Part shown: positions 58,623 to 64,000 of the stretch, piece after piece
Layout: each line of letters starts with the position of its first letter
How positions within the stretch are numbered: the stretch's first letter is position 1
Source: Alphaproteobacteria bacterium
GTDB lineage: Bacteria; Pseudomonadota; Alphaproteobacteria; JAAXGF01
Direction: 5' to 3'
Assembly (NCBI GenBank): GCA_963555825.3
Contig: CAUVXB020000002.1
Span: forward strand, 2,784,001 to 2,848,000
Length of the DNA: 64,000 nt
Translations under genes and position numbers: made by a program
Notes under the pieces: generated by a model
Databases searched by the model: none
What the model was told of the DNA's origin: nothing
The model's input: the letters and a program-made list of their open reading frames with translations, nothing else

Positions 58623-59429
58623 CTAGTCGATCAGCGCCGTGCTCGCGAGATCGGAGACGAACATGTGGCCCGGCGCGTGGCTGATGGCGATCTCGGGCCG
58701 GGCGGCCAGCACCACCGCCTGGGGCGTCACGCCGCAGGCCCAGAACACCGGGACCTCGCCCGCCCGCACGGTCACCGGGTCGCCGTAGTCGGGCGCATCG
58801 AGGTCGGCGATGCCGAGCGCGGCCGGATCGCCGAGCTGGCCCGGCGCGCCGTGGACGCGCTGGTAGGGCCGGGTGACGTCGACGGCGCGCGCCGCCTGGT
58901 CGGGCGTCATCGGGCGCATCGAGACGACCATCGGGCCCGCGAAGCCGCCGGCCGGCGCGCAGGCGCGGTTGGTCCGGTACATCGGCACGTTGACGCCTTC
59001 GTCGAGGTGGCGCAGCGGCAGTCCGGCGCGCGCCAGCGCGTCCTCGAAACTGTACGAGCAGCCGATCAGGAAGCCGACCATGTCTTCGCGCCACAGATCG
59101 CGCACGTCGGTCCGCTCCTCGGTGAACTCGCCATCGCGGAACACACGGTAGCGCGGCAGGTCCGAGCGCAGGTCGGCATCGGGCGCGATCGCCCGCGGCG
59201 CCGGGTCGCCCGGGTCGGTGATGTCGAGCAGCGGGCAGGGTTTCGGGTTGCGCTGGCAGAACACCGCGAAGTCGTAGGCCCAGGCCTTCGGCACGGCCAT
59301 CAGGTTGGCCTGCACGCGGCCCGGCGCCTGGCCGGCGGTCAGCCCGTCGAAGCGGCCGGCGCGGCACGCGGCGCGCAGCGCGGCCGGATCGTCGATCGGC
59401 GCAAGGCTGGCTTGGGCGAAGTCATTCAT
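58623..59429 (-). CDS. DUF1445 putative hydro-lyase / D-glutamate cyclase family
   Basis: QANL, RNPKPCPLL, GCSYSFE, NVPMYRT, VFWACGVTPQ, HAPGHM. Confidence 0.9.
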   Translation of the reverse strand: MNDFAQASLAPIDDPAALRAACRAGRFDGLTAGQAPGRVQANLMAVPKAWAYDFAVFCQRNPKPCPLLDITDPGDPAPRAIAPDADLRSDLPRYRVFRDGEFTEERTDVRDLWREDMVGFLIGCSYSFEDALARAGLPLRHLDEGVNVPMYRTNRACAPAGGFAGPMVVSMRPMTPDQAARAVDVTRPYQRVHGAPGQLGDPAALGIADLDAPDYGDPVTVRAGEVPVFWACGVTPQAVVLAARPEIAISHAPGHMFVSDLASTALID

Positions 59430-59568
59430 GGCGGCCGCCAGCTTGCGCGCATTCAAACACCGGCGCAAGCGCCCGGCCGGACTTCGGCTTAGACAAACCA
59501 TAGATGTCCGGCGCGGTCGAATGCGCGCTATCATTCGCGTCGGACATCGACGGCGGCAGGGGCATGGC

Positions 59569-60996
59569 ATGACCGATCTGGAACTTCGCGGGCGCGACGG
59601 CGGGACCCTGACGGGCGCGGCCGACGACTTGGAAAGGCTGCGCGGCAGCCTCGGGGGTCCGCTCTGCCTGGCCAATGACGACGGCTACGAGGACGGTTGC
59701 CGGATCTGGAACGGGCAGATCGGTCGGCGCCCCGCCGCCGTGGTGCGCGCGAGCGGCACCGCCGACGTCATCGACACCGTCAATTTCGCGCGCGACCGCG
59801 GCCTCGCCCTGTCGGTCAAGGGCAACGGCCACAACGTCGCCGGCCTGGCGCTGGTCGATGGTGGCCTGTGCCTCGATCTGACCGCCATGCGCGGCATTCA
59901 CCTCGATCCGGCCAGCCGGATCATGCGCGTTCAACCGGGTTGCAACTGGCGCGACGCCGACCGCGAGGGCCAGGCCTTCGGCCTCGCGGTGCCGGGCGGC
60001 GCCGTCTCGACGACCGGCGTCTCGGGCCTCGTGCTGGGCGGCGGCTTCGGCTGGGTGACGCGGAAATACGGGCTGACCTCCGACAACCTGCTCTCGGCCG
60101 ACGTGGTGACGGCCGACGGACGGTTGCTGACGGCGAGCCCGGACGAGAATGCCGACCTCTTCTGGGCGATCTGCGGCGGCGGCGGCAACTTCGGCGTGGT
60201 CACCTCGTTCGAGTTCCGCGCCCAGCCGGTCGGTCCCGAGGTCACCGGCGGCCTGATCCTCTGGCCGATCGACCAGGCGCAAGAGGTCGGCCGGCTCTAC
60301 CGCGAGGTGAGCGAAGGCGCCGACGACGATTTCTGCGCCGCCCTGGTCATGCGCCTGGCGCCGCCGGCGCCGTTCGTGCCCGAGGCCATGCACGGCAAGC
60401 CGGTGGTCGGCATCGTGCTCTGCCACATCGGCGCCGAAGATGCTGCCGCCAAGGCCGTCGCGCCGATCAGGGGCTTCGGCGAACCGCTCGCCGACGTCAT
60501 CACCCGCGTGCCGTTCACCGGACAACAGACGCTGTTCGACGCCTCGTTCCCCTACGGCCGGCGCTATTACTGGAAGTCCGACTACTTCGACGCGATCAAC
60601 GACGACATGGTCGCGATCATGGCCGACCACTCGGCGCGGCCTACCTCGCCCCATTCGAGCCTGTTGTTCTTCCAGTTGGGTGGCGCGGCGGCGCGCCTGG
60701 CGGCCGATCATTCGGCGGCGGGCAATCGATCGGCGAACTACATTCTCAACATCAACGCCGCCTGGGAGGCGCCGCCCGACGAGCACCATATCGCCTGGGC
60801 GCGTGACTTCTGGCAAGACCTGCACCCGCATTCGACCGGCGGGGTCTACGTCAATTTCATGACCGAGGACGAGGACGATAGCCGCGTCGAGGCGGCCTAT
60901 GGGACGGCCCTTCTCAACCAACTCGCGGCGGTCAAGGCAAAGTACGATCCCGGCAACCTGTTCCAGGTCAACCAGAACATCCGACCCGCCGCGTAG
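59569..60996 (+). CDS. FAD-linked oxidase (berberine-bridge / 6-hydroxy-D-nicotine oxidase-like)
   Basis: GNGHN, GLVLGGGFG, GGGGNFGVVT, YVNF, KAKYDPGNLF. Confidence 0.9.
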   Translation: MTDLELRGRDGGTLTGAADDLERLRGSLGGPLCLANDDGYEDGCRIWNGQIGRRPAAVVRASGTADVIDTVNFARDRGLALSVKGNGHNVAGLALVDGGLCLDLTAMRGIHLDPASRIMRVQPGCNWRDADREGQAFGLAVPGGAVSTTGVSGLVLGGGFGWVTRKYGLTSDNLLSADVVTADGRLLTASPDENADLFWAICGGGGNFGVVTSFEFRAQPVGPEVTGGLILWPIDQAQEVGRLYREVSEGADDDFCAALVMRLAPPAPFVPEAMHGKPVVGIVLCHIGAEDAAAKAVAPIRGFGEPLADVITRVPFTGQQTLFDASFPYGRRYYWKSDYFDAINDDMVAIMADHSARPTSPHSSLLFFQLGGAAARLAADHSAAGNRSANYILNINAAWEAPPDEHHIAWARDFWQDLHPHSTGGVYVNFMTEDEDDSRVEAAYGTALLNQLAAVKAKYDPGNLFQVNQNIRPAA

Positions 60997-61028
60997 GGCG
61001 CCGCGCCAGCGCGGCGTGGCTCGGACGG

Positions 61029-62150
61029 CTACGCCAGCCGGCCGCGGGCGGCGACCGGCCAGACGCGCTCGACCACGTCGCCGCGCACACCGACGTACCA
61101 GTCGTAGAGGTTGACCGTCGGGTCGCAGTGGCCGGGGATCAGCATGACCGCATCGCCGAGGCCGAGCGTGGCGCCCTCGGCGAGCGCCAGCGTGCCGTGT
61201 TCGTCGGACGGGCCCTCGTAGGTGACGCCGTCCAATCCGTGGACCAGTGGCGGCCCCGAATCGAAGGCCAGCGCCTTGAGCCCGGCGTCGGTCACGCGGC
61301 GCGTCGGCGTCGGCGCGCTCATCACCGTGGCGCGCACGAACAGGCTGTTCTCGAAGGTCTTCCAGAGATCGCCGCCGGCGTCGAGGTTGCGGCCGTAATC
61401 GGCGTCCATGAAGACGTATGAACCGGCCTGCAGCTCGTTGAGCACGCCGGCCGCGAGGTCGAACTCGAGCGAGCCGGTGCCGCCGCCCGCCAGCACGGCG
61501 CAGTCGAGGCCGGCGGCGGCGAGCAGGTCCGCGGTTTCGCGGGTCAGTGCGGCGGCGCTCTCATTCGCGGCGCGTCGATCGCCGTGGCCGCGGATGTGCT
61601 GGGCCGCGCCGTGATAGGCCTGCAGGCCGGCGAAGCTGAGCCCCTCGGTCGCGTCGACAACCTCGGCCAGGCGCACCGCTGGCTCGCCCGCGGGCACGCC
61701 GCAGCGGCCCATGCCGACCTCGATCTCGACCAACACGTTCAGCTCGCTCGCGAACGCCTCGGCCGCTGCGCCGAGATCGGCGACATTGTCGGCGTCGTCG
61801 ACGCAGACCGAGATCCTCGCGTGACGCGCCAGTGCCGCGAGGCGGGCGATCTTGCGCGGGCCGACGACCTGGTTGCTGACCATGACGTCGCGCACGCCGC
61901 CCTCGACCATGACCTCGGCCTCGCCGACCTTTTGGCAACACACGCCGATGGCGCCGTGGGCGACCTGGTCGAGGCCGATGATCGGCGATTTATGGGTCTT
62001 GGCGTGGGGCCGCAGGCGCACCGGCGCGCCGGCCAGCCGCTCGGCCATGCGCGCGAGGTTGCGTTCGTATGCCGCGAGGTCGACGACCAGCGCCGGCGTG
62101 TCGATTTCGTCGATCGCCATGCCGATCGCGGCGGGCGCGGGCTGGGTCAT
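61029..62150 (-). CDS. fold-type III PLP enzyme (D-threonine / 3-hydroxy-D-aspartate aldolase, DSD1 family)
   Basis: DTPAL, RPHAKTHK, QAYHG, GGGTG, ELQAGSY, SDEHG, PGHCDPT. Confidence 0.9.
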   Translation of the reverse strand: MTQPAPAAIGMAIDEIDTPALVVDLAAYERNLARMAERLAGAPVRLRPHAKTHKSPIIGLDQVAHGAIGVCCQKVGEAEVMVEGGVRDVMVSNQVVGPRKIARLAALARHARISVCVDDADNVADLGAAAEAFASELNVLVEIEVGMGRCGVPAGEPAVRLAEVVDATEGLSFAGLQAYHGAAQHIRGHGDRRAANESAAALTRETADLLAAAGLDCAVLAGGGTGSLEFDLAAGVLNELQAGSYVFMDADYGRNLDAGGDLWKTFENSLFVRATVMSAPTPTRRVTDAGLKALAFDSGPPLVHGLDGVTYEGPSDEHGTLALAEGATLGLGDAVMLIPGHCDPTVNLYDWYVGVRGDVVERVWPVAARGRLA

Positions 62151-62161
62151 CGGATGATCTC

Positions 62162-62608
62162 CTATTTCGCGGCGGTGTCGAACCAGATGGTGACCGGGCC
62201 GTCGTTGATCAGGCGGACCGCCATATGGGCCTGGAATTGGCCGGTCTTGACGGCGACGCCGTGGCTCTCGAGGTTCTTGCAGAACGCGGCGACCAGCGGC
62301 TCGGCGACCTCGGGCGGCGCGGCGCCGGAGAAGCCTGGTCGGTTGCCGCGCGAGGTGTCGGCGCAGAGCGTGAACTGGCTCACGGCAAGCGCTTCGCCGC
62401 CGGCATCGAGCACCGAGAGGTTCATCTTGCCGGCGTCGTCCTCGAAGACGCGCAAATTGGCCACCTTGCGCGCGAGATACTCGGCCTCGGCCTCGCCGTC
62501 GCCCTCGGCGACGCCGACCAGCACCAGGAGACCCTTGCCGACCGCGGCGATCTCCCTACCGCCGACCGCGACGCTGGCCTTGCTGACCCGCTGCACCAAT
62601 GCCCTCAT
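62162..62608 (-). CDS. dtd: D-aminoacyl-tRNA deacylase
   Basis: [32 protein letters not shown]. Confidence 0.96.
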   Translation of the reverse strand: MRALVQRVSKASVAVGGREIAAVGKGLLVLVGVAEGDGEAEAEYLARKVANLRVFEDDAGKMNLSVLDAGGEALAVSQFTLCADTSRGNRPGFSGAAPPEVAEPLVAAFCKNLESHGVAVKTGQFQAHMAVRLINDGPVTIWFDTAAK

Positions 62609-62621
62609 GTCGCTCTCCCCA

Positions 62622-64000
62622 TCAAATCGCCCGCGCCGCCAGCGCGCCTTCGGCCATGGCGACGTCGACGGTGCGCGGCGCGACGCAGTCGCCGACCATG
62701 TGAAGCTCGAGGCCGGCCGCCTCGATCGCCGCGCGCAGATCGTCGAGCGCCCGGTTGCCGCGCCAGGCGACCAGCAGGTCGACCGGGCCGATGCGGCTCT
62801 CCTCGCCGCTGTATACGTTGCGCGTGACCACCTCGGCGCCGTCGAGCGCGACGACGTCGGCGTTGGCGACGAACGACGTGCCGGCCGCCAGCAGGCGTTC
62901 GTAGAGCGGCACGCGCTGCACCACGTCGACGTCCTCGGCGACCGCGAAGGCCGGCGTGACGACGTGAACCCGGCATCCTTGTGCGACCAGCGCCTCGACC
63001 GCGCCGAGGCCGATCATGCCGCCGGCGTGGTCCCAGACGACGGCCGAGCACGCATCCGGCCGGCCGTCGCGCACCACGTCGTGCGGCGTCGCGACCTCGA
63101 CCGGCGAGGCGTCGGCGCCCGGCAGATCGGTGGTCTTCGGCAGCGCGCCGCTCGCCAGCACGACGGCGTCGGCGTCGAGCGAGCCGACCGCGTCGGCAGT
63201 GATCTCGCGGCCCAGCTCGACGCGCACCTGGAGCTTTTCGAGCTGGCCGCGCTGCCAGTCGATGATGCCCTGGAACTCGGCCCAGGCCGGGATCGAGGCG
63301 CGCAGCAGCAACTGGCCGCCGAGCACGGCGTCGCGGTCGTAGAGGGTGACGCGGTGGCCGCGCGTGGCGGCGACGCGCGCCGCCTCCAACCCGGCCGGGC
63401 CGCCGCCGATCACCGCGACGCGCTTGGCGCGCCCGGCCGGCGTCGCGGGGCCCCATTCGTGCTCGCGCGCGGCCTCGGGGTTGTGAATGCAGCGGATCGG
63501 CCCGCCGGCCATGGCGCGCGCGATGCAGACGTTGGCGCCGACGCAGGGCCGGATGTCGTCGAGCCGGCCTTCGCGCGCCTTGGACACCAGGTCCGGGTCG
63601 GCGATATGGGCGCGCGTCATGCCGACCATGTCGGCGTGGCCGGCGGCCAGGATGCGCTCGGCGTGCAACGGATCGACGATGCGCCCGACCGTGAACACAG
63701 GCAGCGAGACGGCGCGCTTGATGCCTGCGGCGAGCGGCACGAACAGGCCGTGCGGCGCCGGCGTTGGCGGCCAGTGCGTGGTGCGGTGCACGCGGTCGAG
63801 GTTGATGCCGGCGATGACGTTGAGGTAGTCAAGCTTGCCGGTCGCCTCGAGGACTTGTGCGATCTCCTGCATCGCCGCGGCATCGAGGCCGTCGTCGACG
63901 AATTCGTCGCCCGGGATGCGCATGCCGACGATGAGGTCACGCCCGGCGCCCTCGCGCACCGCCTCGATGATCTCGATGGCGAAGCGCAGCCGGTTCTCCA
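62622..64000 (-). CDS. NADH:flavin oxidoreductase (Old Yellow Enzyme barrel plus FAD domain), partial
   Basis: Frame open to the window edge (ENRLRF); [39 protein letters not shown]. Confidence 0.88.
   Translation of the reverse strand, partial: ENRLRFAIEIIEAVREGAGRDLIVGMRIPGDEFVDDGLDAAAMQEIAQVLEATGKLDYLNVIAGINLDRVHRTTHWPPTPAPHGLFVPLAAGIKRAVSLPVFTVGRIVDPLHAERILAAGHADMVGMTRAHIADPDLVSKAREGRLDDIRPCVGANVCIARAMAGGPIRCIHNPEAAREHEWGPATPAGRAKRVAVIGGGPAGLEAARVAATRGHRVTLYDRDAVLGGQLLLRASIPAWAEFQGIIDWQRGQLEKLQVRVELGREITADAVGSLDADAVVLASGALPKTTDLPGADASPVEVATPHDVVRDGRPDACSAVVWDHAGGMIGLGAVEALVAQGCRVHVVTPAFAVAEDVDVVQRVPLYERLLAAGTSFVANADVVALDGAEVVTRNVYSGEESRIGPVDLLVAWRGNRALDDLRAAIEAAGLELHMVGDCVAPRTVDVAMAEGALAARAI

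Overview
GC-rich window, probably from an alphaproteobacterium (inferred from the gene set), dominated by nested mobile DNA. There are about 20 complete or partial IS elements (IS256, IS21, IS6, IS3, IS630, IS1595, IS1380, IS1182, IS1202-like, IS110), one full-length group II intron and a 1829-aa MOBF relaxase-helicase. They surround an intact form I CO dehydrogenase cluster (coxMSLDEFG plus mocA), a broken TMAO-demethylase-like gene and, at the right end, a cluster of D-amino-acid and flavoprotein genes. The strongest signal is two IS110/IS1111-group elements (44121-~45687 and 54281-55801). Their right-end non-coding regions share a scaffold but carry different short guide segments, and each guide set matches that element's own target site and its own donor (circle-junction) sequence, with compensatory changes. 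These look like two differently programmed bridge RNAs, both apparently aimed at other mobile elements. A second notable signal is an IS1182-like element sitting in register inside IS256 terminal inverted repeats. Everything was read by eye; no database search or folding was run.
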